DNA of 64,000 bases from an archaeon (GTDB lineage: Archaea > Nanobdellota > Nanobdellia > Woesearchaeales > JBDRAZ01). Shown here in pieces: positions 51,101-59,729 of this stretch. The translations under genes and the position numbers were made by a program. Location: the NCBI GenBank assembly GCA_043823195.1, contig JBDRAZ010000034.1, forward strand, positions 12,699 through 76,698, in the 5' to 3' direction. The notes beneath the pieces were generated by a model. It did no database searches. It was not told the origin of the DNA and saw only the letters and a program-made list of their open reading frames with translations. Within the stretch, counting starts at the first letter, position 1; every line of letters begins with the position of its first letter.

Positions 51101-51394
51101 GCAGCATGGAGGAATCAGATTGCCACACAAATCAGGTTCTATTCGGATTTTGAGCGATATATTGCAGGCAAGGGTCCTCCGCCGGAAAGCCCCGAGGAGG
51201 TAACCCGAACCTCTGAATCAGCATTTGTTATCAGACCGGATCAGGCAGCAGGATTTTTTCAGGTCCTCGGGAACTACCTTAAGCGGGAACTCGGAGATTC
51301 TTTGTTCTCTGATCAGCTAAGGAGACTCCTGCCCGAAGATTACATTGCACACCCACAACCCACAATGCCCGGCGTGCGCTTATCAGTTTTCTAG
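48158..51394 (+). CDS. Large hypothetical cytoplasmic protein (up to 1078 aa), no recognised family
   Basis: Long ORF after a TTATAAAT box (~48121); no signal peptide or TM helix; start uncertain. Confidence 0.7.
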   Translation: MLVHITMLSNQIHMRIEARRSVDLEELAAEAERISRQQRYLEAHWDDPGYAVFLEYVFRHTLERKSDAVVELGSGSTGSFDRLRRSLHMDSPAQFANMARVAWILTSLSGGRKDTGLYELYKISGLGQTLSLDQLTPVESLGICSYECPGLAETIAGFKGYETLFALATGTPLQLMLYGKHGAERNRHLIGLSPEEQDLLQSNRAALMGLLNIPVTSIDIPEGFLRDIPEPVALARGMLEYDYAESRFLDDSFVRHLRSTRPGKSIRSRDNPWDILASCKGPSGEEYGQMMGRLKDFLFKEGMALLHDEGVYASSDFILRADDYRDPKFRHTDSASKRACERRASIWRNLMPSDLTALIKRQLTDVIRPFPNMEYDQQRVCVEYFTGEVIDIIGQLLLEPTRALFKFGNRSEQPWDETVLCILGDRTLADDASLLLGEYLPPGYSFERHAPFIPIHYQHFTFRHREGGHRDKQISYGPSRSDVLFWADQPDVLLQKLRHMGDYDPDQLARLVVGAGYSLMNTGDVSDPIQWRRMQANGSVLSEACGNLPDAYLTSFSAMVPLGIPDIIDKKIAATGSAKPDGSCLGQASAIVEQIGITHRDIREDYESHRTVALEKIRTAIEGLDISRGRAIGVAEGALSSRYHTRYARQAESLTGNRADVAAQKLDLLADIYLGLYCIPPDERDPDSNAMLSTLLILNTGFYDLARDSLRGSAEHEASIAYKAMNTMQHALAMEEKRCTNHLPASSPQGTKQTDNRFEVNLDCVAQSVIQCAVSRDKLENLVARAEDPLLQETRQRIETVIGYIDAASDCAVSWLVGVVDPPDLRNYLNRRFSGESPLCEHIVEVMRACEKPGQLVQAINTLISAYAPKKERQRLLETRQSYVEQGEFGLWTLIYDIGLLNTSTIARQPKETLFERYRESPTETVYHAMEALAAKSLHTSEEAVLLRRVEAKLAEAEDRYLSDPPPDRAGVLMPHELQQHAAWRNQIATQIRFYSDFERYIAGKGPPPESPEEVTRTSESAFVIRPDQAAGFFQVLGNYLKRELGDSLFSDQLRRLLPEDYIAHPQPTMPGVRLSVF

Positions 51395-53148
51395 GTCTCA
51401 TACGGAAGCGTGAACCTGAACACTGAGCCCTTGCCCGGTTCAGACTTCACGTCAATTGTCCCGCCATGGGCTTCAACAAGGCTCCTTGTTATCGGAAGGC
51501 CGAGCCCTGTACCGCCAACAGCCCGGGTCATCTCGCTGTCCACCTGATGGAATTTCTCAAATATGCTTTCCTGGTCTTTCTTGTCAATGCCGATCCCCTG
51601 GTCAATGACCTCAACCTGCACACCATGGCCTATGTCCTTAACCGAGATCCTGACGGCAGTGCCCTTCTTTGAGAACTTGATGGCGTTTCCGACGAGGTTG
51701 TCAACTATCTGCTTGATCTTGTCCCTGTCTGCCGCAAGGGGCGGCAGCTCTTCAGGTAGCTCAGTCTCTATTGATATGCCCTTTGCCTCTGCAGCTGCCC
51801 TGATTCCCTTCCCGTAGCCCTTCATGAAGTCAATGAGGTCAAAGTCTCCCCTGGCAAGCTGCATCCTTCCTTCTTCAATCCTGGAAATATCTAGCAGATC
51901 TGAAATCAGCCGGGTCAGCCTCTCGCTCTCCTCTCTTACGATGCCCAGGAATTCCTTCTGCTCATCAGTAATTGGTCCTGTGTCGCCATCGCACATAAGG
52001 GAGACATAGCCCAGTATGCTGGTGAGGGGTGTCCTCAGCTCATGTGATACCGTCGACACAAAATCTGATTTGATCTTATTGAGCCGTTCAAGCTCCGCAT
52101 TTGCCTCTTTGAGGTCTTTGGTTGCCTCATGCACCCTCTTGTTCAGCTCCCTGTTGAAATGGCTGATCTCATTGTACAGCTGGGCGTTTCTGATGGCATG
52201 CGCAGCCTGGTCAGCCAGTGAACAAAGCAGTTTTACGTCATCATCATCAAAATTGTTGAGCTTGTCGCTCTCAATGTTGAATGCACCGATTGCCTTTCCC
52301 TCGTAGAGTATGGGTACCGCAAGCTCGCTCCTTGTGGCGCTGTTGACATCTATGTATCTTTTGTCTTTCTTTACATCCGCTATATTCAGGGGCCTGCCGC
52401 TCTTTATGACATTCCCGGGTATGCCTGTCCCAATCTTCGGCCGGAAATTCTTTACAACTTCAGGGCGAAACCCCCTGCCTGCCCGGACATAGAGCCTTCC
52501 TTTCTCAACCAGCAGTATGGCGGAGAACTTGTAGTCAAACTGCCTGTCAATGAACTCCAGGATTGTTTCCAGGACCTTGTCAAGATCAAGCGAGGCGCTG
52601 ACCAGTTTGCCTGTTTCGCACAGGGCCTGCAGCCTCTTGTTGACAGACTTGAGTTCCTGCTTTGACCTTGCATTCTGTATGGCAAGCGCGAGCTGGTCAG
52701 CAAGCGAGTAGGCAACCCTGACATCCACATCTGAGAATGCATTTCTTCTCCTGTCCTCAAGATTGATGACCCCTATGGCTTTATCTGCAATAATGGGGAC
52801 GGCAAGCTCTGATCCTGCCCTGAAGCCCTTCAGGAACTCAATGTACCGGCCGTCCTGGTCAATGTTATTTATCAGTTCATGCTTTCCTGTTCTGATGACC
52901 TGTCCTGTAATGCCGTCGCCTACCTTGATTATGATCTCCTCCCTGATTGGGCCCTTGTCAGGCCCGTAGCCGGCCCTGCACGTGATATGGTCGCCGTTTA
53001 ACAGGTGTATTGAGCATAGGTCATAACCCAGCTGCTTTACCGCATTGACAACGTGGTCCAGCATGTCATCTATGTCAAGGCTCGAGTTGACCAGCTTGCT
53101 GACCTTCATCAGGATTTCTAGTTCCTTGTCTTGGCACGCGCTTCCCAT
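51391..53148 (-). CDS. Cytoplasmic GAF-GAF sensor histidine kinase
   Basis: Two GAF repeats (SELAVPI...F..DD....LADQ.A.AI.NA); H-box VSHELRTPL; NAIKF; DQGIGI; GTGLGL; no TM helix. Confidence 0.95.
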   Translation of the reverse strand: MGSACQDKELEILMKVSKLVNSSLDIDDMLDHVVNAVKQLGYDLCSIHLLNGDHITCRAGYGPDKGPIREEIIIKVGDGITGQVIRTGKHELINNIDQDGRYIEFLKGFRAGSELAVPIIADKAIGVINLEDRRRNAFSDVDVRVAYSLADQLALAIQNARSKQELKSVNKRLQALCETGKLVSASLDLDKVLETILEFIDRQFDYKFSAILLVEKGRLYVRAGRGFRPEVVKNFRPKIGTGIPGNVIKSGRPLNIADVKKDKRYIDVNSATRSELAVPILYEGKAIGAFNIESDKLNNFDDDDVKLLCSLADQAAHAIRNAQLYNEISHFNRELNKRVHEATKDLKEANAELERLNKIKSDFVSTVSHELRTPLTSILGYVSLMCDGDTGPITDEQKEFLGIVREESERLTRLISDLLDISRIEEGRMQLARGDFDLIDFMKGYGKGIRAAAEAKGISIETELPEELPPLAADRDKIKQIVDNLVGNAIKFSKKGTAVRISVKDIGHGVQVEVIDQGIGIDKKDQESIFEKFHQVDSEMTRAVGGTGLGLPITRSLVEAHGGTIDVKSEPGKGSVFRFTLPYET

Positions 53149-53150
53149 TG

Positions 53151-53510
53151 TTATCTGAGATGCTCCCTTACCTTCAGAATAAGCTCATTCTTGTCAAAGG
53201 GTTTTGTGATATATTCGACTGCGCCCGCGTCAATGCCCCTCATCCTGTCCCTGAATTGTGCAGCTGAGCTGAGCATTATTACGGGTATATCCTTTGTCTC
53301 GCCGGCAGCAAGCAGCCTGCAGACCTCAAACCCGTCCATCTTGGGCATCATTACATCCAGAATAATCAGCCCAGGCTTCTCCTTCCTGGCAATCTCAATC
53401 CCCTCGATGCCGACAAATGCCTGGAGCACAGCAAATCCATTCTTCTCAAGTATTACCCTTACAAGCTTTGATATGTGCGGCTCATCCTCAATGACCAGGA
53501 TTTTTTTCAT
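53151..53510 (-). CDS. Single-domain response regulator
   Basis: ILVIEDE, ILDVMMPKMDG, YITKPF. Confidence 0.95.
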   Translation of the reverse strand: MKKILVIEDEPHISKLVRVILEKNGFAVLQAFVGIEGIEIARKEKPGLIILDVMMPKMDGFEVCRLLAAGETKDIPVIMLSSAAQFRDRMRGIDAGAVEYITKPFDKNELILKVREHLR

Positions 53511-54529
53511 TTTGCATAGGTGCTCAGTTCGCTCTTCTTTATCTTCCTTATAACCAGTCCTGCCATGGCAATCTCTTCAGTCCTGCCCTTCTGGTCAGGG
53601 CGGATTATCATGTTCTTATCCATGTCCAGGTTCTCATAATCCAGGTTGTAGAAGAACGGCAGTGTTGCCGTGAACTCCTTCTTCACGAAGTCTGTTACTC
53701 TGTCGCTGGATTCGCCCTTTGCTGTGAAGACAAATCCATTCTGCGCATCATGGGCAACGATGCTTTTTTCGCTTAATCTCTCCAGCCCATGGGCGATTAT
53801 ATGGGATGTCAGGCGCATCATCTCATTTGTCCTTGATACCCCGTAGTCCTTCTGGTATGCACCCGTGTTGCTGATGGCAATCCTGATTATGTCATGGCTG
53901 TTGTCTGCAGCCCTGATCTGCCTCTCAACAGATTCAAGCGTAGGGAGGTTTGTTACGGGATTTCTGTCGCTGGTTTCCTTTTCCAGGAATGTTTTCACCC
54001 TTGCCCTCAGCTCTCTGGGCTCAAAGGGCTTTGTCAGGTAATCGTTTGCACCGGCGGTAATCCCTTCCCTCTTGTCGCTCATCTCCCTCTTTGCAGTGAG
54101 CATAAGTACCGGGATTTTTCTTGTCAGGGCATTCTCCTTCAGCCTTTTGCATACCTGGAACCCGTCAACCTTTGGCATCATTAAGTCCAGGATTATGAGG
54201 TCCGGCATCCTGCTCCCTACTGCCTCCAGGGCCTCCTGCCCGTCACAGGCTTCAATGAAATTGTAGTTCTCCTTCCCCAGGATAACGGTTATCAGCCTCC
54301 GGATATGCTCCTCGTCTTCTGCTATAAGGATGCTCCTTCTTCTCGTGGCCAGAGACCAGAGCCTTGCCCGCCCCACTTCCCTGTCTCTTACAAGCCCCTT
54401 GAGCTTCATGACCTCCAGGTATTTGGCGGCTGTGGCACGTGTGTGGCCGGTGTCTTCAGAAATCTGGCTGATGGATACTCCTTCAGTATGTTTTCCCAGC
54501 AGCTCAAGTATTACCTTATCCGGCTCCAT
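53507..54529 (-). CDS. Response regulator: N-terminal winged HTH, REC domain, degenerate GGDEF-like C-terminal domain
   Basis: SISQISEDTGHTRATAAKYLEVM...EVGRARLW; IAEDE / LDLMMP / TKPF; RNPVTNLP...AYQKDYG...VAHDAQNGFVF. Confidence 0.85.
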   Translation of the reverse strand: MEPDKVILELLGKHTEGVSISQISEDTGHTRATAAKYLEVMKLKGLVRDREVGRARLWSLATRRRSILIAEDEEHIRRLITVILGKENYNFIEACDGQEALEAVGSRMPDLIILDLMMPKVDGFQVCKRLKENALTRKIPVLMLTAKREMSDKREGITAGANDYLTKPFEPRELRARVKTFLEKETSDRNPVTNLPTLESVERQIRAADNSHDIIRIAISNTGAYQKDYGVSRTNEMMRLTSHIIAHGLERLSEKSIVAHDAQNGFVFTAKGESSDRVTDFVKKEFTATLPFFYNLDYENLDMDKNMIIRPDQKGRTEEIAMAGLVIRKIKKSELSTYAK

Positions 54530-54688
54530 GCAGGCTTGGGACGCGCCCCTATTTATAAATATTTCTGTTAATGAGGCTCAATGTTGTACTCCAGTATCGA
54601 AATATTTAAATAAAAGCTATGCGTATGTACTACATTATTGGAGCTCAATAATGAGCACCAATGATGAAGGCAAACTGGGGAGGTTTAG

Positions 54689-54790
54689 ATGCGTACAAAA
54701 CTCGAGATGAAGGGAAAGGACAGGAACTGGGTGAAGAACCTTGTTCTCGTAGATTTGAATGACCGGATGAATGAGTTTAGCATGAAATAA
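54689..54790 (+). CDS. Small hypothetical protein, 33 aa (MRTKLEMKGKDRNWVKNLVLVDLNDRMNEFSMK); not in the ORF track
   Basis: GGGGAGGT RBS before the ATG; TTTAAATA upstream (~54605); stop 1 nt before the next ATG. Confidence 0.5.
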   Translation: MRTKLEMKGKDRNWVKNLVLVDLNDRMNEFSMK

Positions 54791-54791
54791 A

Positions 54792-54923
54792 ATGAGCGCA
54801 ATATTTGATTTCGAAAACCTGGATGACTGGCAGGATCTTCTTGAGGCCGATGGGATTACTGCAGAAGAAGAGGGCTTTATGCAGGGCTGGCTGCTTGCAG
54901 GACCGCAGGATCTGGAGGTGTAG
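54792..54923 (+). CDS. Small acidic protein, 43 aa (MSAIFDFENLDDWQDLLEADGITAEEEGFMQGWLLAGPQDLEV); not in the ORF track
   Basis: Translationally coupled to its neighbours; its 3' end supplies GGAGGTG for the next gene. Confidence 0.55.
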   Translation: MSAIFDFENLDDWQDLLEADGITAEEEGFMQGWLLAGPQDLEV

Positions 54924-54927
54924 GGGG

Positions 54928-55431
54928 ATGATGGCAACAATTGATGAGACAATAGCTGAATCGGGTTCACCTGACGGAGGACAGGATGGCGATTCGCAGC
55001 TGGCATTAATTGAAGCCATTGCACAGGATGAAACAGGGTTTCGGGCATACTGGCACAACGAATTATCAGAGATGGGCTATTTGCTGCCTGAGTCACAGCC
55101 AAACGACGCATTGGAGGAATTATCTGGTGATGAAGGCGGGCGGGCGCCCGGCGCCAGGCCTGCCCGATCTTGTTATGCGGGTAACCCCGTCTATAGGGGA
55201 CATGGCTATACCGGCCACCCTTACGGCAGGTATTCAGATTCAAGAAAAGAAATGGGCGCCTATGGTACTCTGGGTACGCTTGGTGGCGCCTATGATGTAG
55301 CGGTCCAGGTATTTGTATATGGGGCGCAAATGGAGCTCTGCCCCCATGCCCGTTACGTTATGGAGCAGGCGCAGGGCATTGCTGACCGGGGCAGCCTAAT
55401 GGGGAACTCCTATTCCGCCGGTTATGTATGA
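54928..55431 (+). CDS. Hypothetical protein, acidic N-terminus and Gly/Tyr-rich C-terminus
   Basis: ATG 54928/54931 follows GGAGGTG...GGGG; the track start at 54805 would overlap the 43-aa ORF. Confidence 0.55.
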   Translation: MMATIDETIAESGSPDGGQDGDSQLALIEAIAQDETGFRAYWHNELSEMGYLLPESQPNDALEELSGDEGGRAPGARPARSCYAGNPVYRGHGYTGHPYGRYSDSRKEMGAYGTLGTLGGAYDVAVQVFVYGAQMELCPHARYVMEQAQGIADRGSLMGNSYSAGYV

Positions 55432-55466
55432 TACCTTTATATATCTGCGCCGAATCCATCTTCCGG

Positions 55467-56465
55467 ATGGCGCAATACGATGTCTTCGGAATTGGCTCTG
55501 CCCTGATGGATTTTCTTATTGAGGTTGATCATAACCAGCTGGCAGAATTCAACCTGAATAAGGGGCAGTTCCACCTGATTGATGAGGCCCATTCAAAGGA
55601 AATTCTTGACAAGCTCAAGAATTACAGGGTAACGACCGAGCCCGGGGGGAGTTCTGCAAACACACTCTACGGCATAGGGATCCTTGGCGGTACCGTTGTA
55701 TTCTGCGGAAAGGTGGGCAGGGATCCTCATGGCGATACCTATGAGGAAAAGATGATTAATTCAGGTGTCAAGCCCGTCCTGGCACGCTCAGGTTCACCCA
55801 CCGGACACGCTATCACCTTCATCACCCCTGACTCTGAAAGGACGTTTGCAGTCCATCTGGGTGCAGCAATGCAGCTTGAGGCGGAGGATGTTTTCTTTGA
55901 TGACCTTAAGAATAGCGGAATTCTTCATGTTGAGGGCTACCAGCTTGAGGCGCCAGGGCTCAGGAAGGTATCAATGCATGCTATGCAGTTCGCAAAGCAA
56001 AACGGCATCCGCATAAGCATTGACCTCGGTGATCCTGGCATAGTGGCGCGGAACAAAAAAGACCTCCGTAAGCTTGTAGCAGATTATGCAGACATAGTAT
56101 TTGCCAATGAGGAGGAGGCTATGGCACTCACCGGCCTGAAGCCCAGGGAGGCCCTGGATGCACTATCGGGGATCTGCGATACTGCAATAGTCAAGGTGGG
56201 CAGGAAGGGCTCCATGATCAAGCAGGCAGACACCATCCATTTCATACCGGGCTACCCGGCACAGGCCATTGATACTACCGGTGCGGGGGATATGTTCGCA
56301 GCCGGTGTGCTCTACGGAATCAGCAAAGGCCACAGCCTGAAGGTTTCCGGCCATATAGGCAGCTTCTATGCTGCAAAGGTTGTGGGCAGGATAGGTGCGC
56401 GGCTGGACCGAATTGACCAGGATGAACTGGATGCGCTCATCAGGTCATTGTCCCAGGACCAATAA
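55467..56465 (+). CDS. PfkB-family sugar/nucleoside kinase (adenosine-kinase-like)
   Basis: PGGSSANT, FANEEEA, DTTGAGDMFAAG; ATG 55467 lies about 25 nt after TTTATATA. Confidence 0.92.
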   Translation: MAQYDVFGIGSALMDFLIEVDHNQLAEFNLNKGQFHLIDEAHSKEILDKLKNYRVTTEPGGSSANTLYGIGILGGTVVFCGKVGRDPHGDTYEEKMINSGVKPVLARSGSPTGHAITFITPDSERTFAVHLGAAMQLEAEDVFFDDLKNSGILHVEGYQLEAPGLRKVSMHAMQFAKQNGIRISIDLGDPGIVARNKKDLRKLVADYADIVFANEEEAMALTGLKPREALDALSGICDTAIVKVGRKGSMIKQADTIHFIPGYPAQAIDTTGAGDMFAAGVLYGISKGHSLKVSGHIGSFYAAKVVGRIGARLDRIDQDELDALIRSLSQDQ

Positions 56466-56505
56466 AACAAAATCTTTTTATAAACATCCTCACCGTTTAT
56501 TTCTT

Positions 56506-57759
56506 ATGCAGCTGCTTGAGGAGATTCGCAGAGATCTTACCCCGGATGATGTCGACACGCCTGAGATAGGCAGAATAATAAAAAAGATCAGCTCACAGAT
56601 TAAGAAAGGCCGGATCAGGGCAGTTGCGGTTACAGGGGGGTCAATTGCCAAGGGCACATTCCTGAAGCAGGATCACGACGTTGATATCTTTGTCAAGTTC
56701 GACTATGCCTATAAGGACAGGGACATCTCTGCCATGCTAAAAAAGATAGTAGAGCCCTTGAAGCCGGTGACATTGCATGGCAGCAGGGATTACTTCACCC
56801 TAAAGAAGAAATACAACTATGAGATCGTTCCTGTTCTCGACATAAAGGATCCCTCTCGTGCCCTGAATGTGACAGACATGAGCCCGATGCATGTCAGCTG
56901 GGTGCGGTCCCGCATAAAAGATAATCCCGGGCTTGCAGGCGAAATAAGACTGGCAAAGGCCTTCTGCAAGGGCCAGGGCGTATACGGTGCAGAGAGCTAT
57001 ATACGCGGGTTTTCAGGCCACGTGCTTGACATCCTTGTAATATACTGCGGGGGCTTTCTGAACCTGCTCCGTGCATCACTCAGATGGAAGCCCAAGCAGG
57101 TTATTGACATAAACCGCTTCCACAAGGGCAGGGCCCTGGACATTCTCAACACCTCAAAGACAGGGGGGCCGCTTGTTGTTGTTGATCCGATCCTGCCGGA
57201 CAGGAATGCAGCTGCCGCACTTGGCAGCGAGACATTTGAACGGTTCAGGGAAGCAGCAAGGCGCTTCCTCAGGGAACCCTCGAAGAGTTTCTTCCATCGG
57301 AGTGAAATATCAGAAACAGACCTTGAGAAGAAGGCTGCCGGATTCAGTCTGATTCATCTGACTGGCAGGCCGCATGAGGGAAAAGAGGATATTGTGGGAT
57401 GCAGGCTACTCAAGGTCCATGATTATATAGTTAACCAGCTGTCCCGGCAGGATTTCAATGTCAGGAATTCAGCCTGGCAGTGGGACAAGAAGAATAAGGC
57501 AGATTTCTATTTCATAACCGACCGCCTGCTGTCCAGGGTCAGGACTGTGACCGGGCCTCTTGCAAAACAGAAGCTCCACTGCGACAAGTTCAGAAAAAAG
57601 CATGGCAGTGTCAGGGTCAGGGGCGGCAGGCTCTATGCAACAGACGGGCGAAAATACCGCAGACCAGAAGAGCTGGTGAAAGACCTTGTTAAGGGGCCAT
57701 ACCTGACGGACAAGATTATTGTGACCGGAATAAGCAGCAACAAAAGGTGCAGGCCATGA
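56506..57759 (+). CDS. cca: CCA-adding enzyme (archaeal class I tRNA nucleotidyltransferase)
   Basis: GGSIAKGTFL...DVDIF; YGAESYIRGFSG; VDPILPDRNAAAAL. Confidence 0.93.
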   Translation: MQLLEEIRRDLTPDDVDTPEIGRIIKKISSQIKKGRIRAVAVTGGSIAKGTFLKQDHDVDIFVKFDYAYKDRDISAMLKKIVEPLKPVTLHGSRDYFTLKKKYNYEIVPVLDIKDPSRALNVTDMSPMHVSWVRSRIKDNPGLAGEIRLAKAFCKGQGVYGAESYIRGFSGHVLDILVIYCGGFLNLLRASLRWKPKQVIDINRFHKGRALDILNTSKTGGPLVVVDPILPDRNAAAALGSETFERFREAARRFLREPSKSFFHRSEISETDLEKKAAGFSLIHLTGRPHEGKEDIVGCRLLKVHDYIVNQLSRQDFNVRNSAWQWDKKNKADFYFITDRLLSRVRTVTGPLAKQKLHCDKFRKKHGSVRVRGGRLYATDGRKYRRPEELVKDLVKGPYLTDKIIVTGISSNKRCRP

Positions 57760-58622
57760 AATGGGCAGTGATTTTCATGAAGGGGCTCCTGATGGGCATA
57801 TGCGACATAATTCCGGGCATCTCAGGCGGCACAGTAGCCTTTGTAACCGGGATATACGCGCGCCTGATAGGTGCCGTTAATGCAATATCGCAGCTTTTGT
57901 ACGGCCTTCTGGAATTTGCAGCAGGGAAGAGAACGGCAAAACAGCTTGCAGCTGATTTCAGGAAATCTGATCCGGCCTTTTTGGTGGCGCTAGGCGCAGG
58001 GATCTCAGTCTCCATTTTCCTGGGGTCAGGGATCATCAGCTACCTCCTCGAGCGCCATTTTTCCTACACCATCTCGTTCTTCATAGGCCTGATCCTGGCC
58101 TCATCCAAGCTCATATATGACCGTATTGAAAACCATACTCCTGCAAATGGGCTGACCGGGCTGGCAGGCTTTCTCATCGGGATATCATTTTCTGTCCTGA
58201 TACCGCTTAATGTCGATCCCAGCTACCTCTATGTGTTTTTTGCAGGCTTTGTTGCCGTCAGCGCCATGTTTCTTCCGGGCATATCCGGAGCATTCATACT
58301 CCTCATCCTTGGCCTCTATGATTTCATGATATCTGTCCTGCATAACATTCTTGACAACATTCCATACCTGCTTTCATTCATGGCAGGTGCAGCCCTGGGA
58401 GCACTTAGCATATCAAAACTGATCTCATACCTCTTCAGGACCCGCAGATGCAAAACCCTTTATTTCCTGCTGGGGCTTGTAGTGGGTGCCCTTAGCATAC
58501 CCGTAAAACGGCTGTATGTCTCCGCATCCTGGTCTGCTGGCGATACGGGGCTAATCGCGCTGTCTGTGCTGCTGGGAATAAGCGCAGTAATACTGGTGAA
58601 CCGCATTGAAAAACATAAGTAG
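57756..58622 (+). CDS. DUF368 family membrane protein (putative polyprenyl-phosphate translocase)
   Basis: Two re-entrant repeats, GICDIIPGISGGTVAFVTGIY and AMFLPGISGAFILLILGLY. Confidence 0.92.
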   Translation: MKWAVIFMKGLLMGICDIIPGISGGTVAFVTGIYARLIGAVNAISQLLYGLLEFAAGKRTAKQLAADFRKSDPAFLVALGAGISVSIFLGSGIISYLLERHFSYTISFFIGLILASSKLIYDRIENHTPANGLTGLAGFLIGISFSVLIPLNVDPSYLYVFFAGFVAVSAMFLPGISGAFILLILGLYDFMISVLHNILDNIPYLLSFMAGAALGALSISKLISYLFRTRRCKTLYFLLGLVVGALSIPVKRLYVSASWSAGDTGLIALSVLLGISAVILVNRIEKHK

Positions 58623-59169
58623 CTGGATTTTCATCGGCCTTGTGCTCCTGCTTACGGTATTTCTTGATCCGGTTATTGCAGAGGTTGTTGCTGCCCTGCA
58701 GCTCAGCTGCCTGACAATCTTCTTCAACATGATAACGACTCTCCTGTTCGTACTTGTTCTGGCAGGGATACTCAGTGTTGCCATGATCAACCGCCGGGAT
58801 TATGTCAGGGTTTACGAACTCTGGGCAAGCATGCTTGCTGCCGTGGTCGTGAGCTATCTTGTCAAGTTCATAGTGATGAGGCCCAGGCCTTCAGCAGACC
58901 TGTTCACCCCTTTAGTTGGCCTGCTGGACTACTCATTCCCTAGCACTCACGCAGCAGTATACTTTGCTGTCCTTCCCATACTGGGAAATAAATATCCGCG
59001 CATCGGCAGGGTCTGGCTGGTCGTAGCGGTATTCATGTCAGCCAGCAGGCTCTATCTGGGGCTTCACTACCTAAGCGACATCCTTTTTGGTGCACTCCTG
59101 GGCCTGATGCTGGGCAATGGTGTGCTGTGGCTTGAAAGGCGCTATAAGCTCGGGAGAATCCTAAAATGA
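58606..59169 (+). CDS. PAP2-family membrane phosphatase
   Basis: KxxxxRPRP, SFPSTH, SRLYLGLHYLSD. Confidence 0.92.
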   Translation: MKNISSWIFIGLVLLLTVFLDPVIAEVVAALQLSCLTIFFNMITTLLFVLVLAGILSVAMINRRDYVRVYELWASMLAAVVVSYLVKFIVMRPRPSADLFTPLVGLLDYSFPSTHAAVYFAVLPILGNKYPRIGRVWLVVAVFMSASRLYLGLHYLSDILFGALLGLMLGNGVLWLERRYKLGRILK

Positions 59170-59729
59170 AACTCGAGTTCAAGCGCAAGATGTTTCACAT
59201 GTCCAGCGGTTTGCTGTTTGCATACCTGCTCCACGCAAAGATGGTTGGCCTGATGCATTTCATAGTGCTCCTTTGCATAGCTCTCCCGCTTTCATACGCC
59301 TGCAGGATATGCCGGATTCCGGTTGTGAGCTGGCTTCTCACGCAGCTTGACCGCCCGGCAGACCGGAAAGCCTTTCCAGGCAAGGGCTCAGTCTTCCTGC
59401 TTCTTGGGGTGATTTGTTCACTGATCCTGTTTGAACGGGAAACCGCCCTGGCCTCTATCACTATCCTGGCACTTGGGGATGCGGTCTCGCCCCTGGTTGG
59501 CCCATACGGCAGGATCAGGCACCCCCTTAACCGAAAGAAAAAGATTGAAGGGACAATCGCCGGAATATTCGCGGCATTCCTTGGGGCCCTCTTTTTTGTG
59601 ACAACTTTGCAGGCTATGCTCGGAGCGTTCTTTGCGATGCTTGCTGAATCCCTCGATACAAAAATTGACGACAATCTTGTCATACCACTGGTGGCAGGGG
59701 CAGTCATCTCATTGGTGATGCTCATATGA
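59166..59729 (+). CDS. Dolichol/phytol kinase-like (CTP-dependent, SEC59-like) membrane protein
   Basis: EFKRKMFH, ILALGDAVSPLVG, KKIEG, IDDNLVIP. Confidence 0.85.
   Translation: MKLEFKRKMFHMSSGLLFAYLLHAKMVGLMHFIVLLCIALPLSYACRICRIPVVSWLLTQLDRPADRKAFPGKGSVFLLLGVICSLILFERETALASITILALGDAVSPLVGPYGRIRHPLNRKKKIEGTIAGIFAAFLGALFFVTTLQAMLGAFFAMLAESLDTKIDDNLVIPLVAGAVISLVMLI

Noticed and set aside
54635-55243. 202-aa minus-strand ORF
   Set aside because: It is antisense to three RBS-supported plus-strand ORFs and has an atypical composition.
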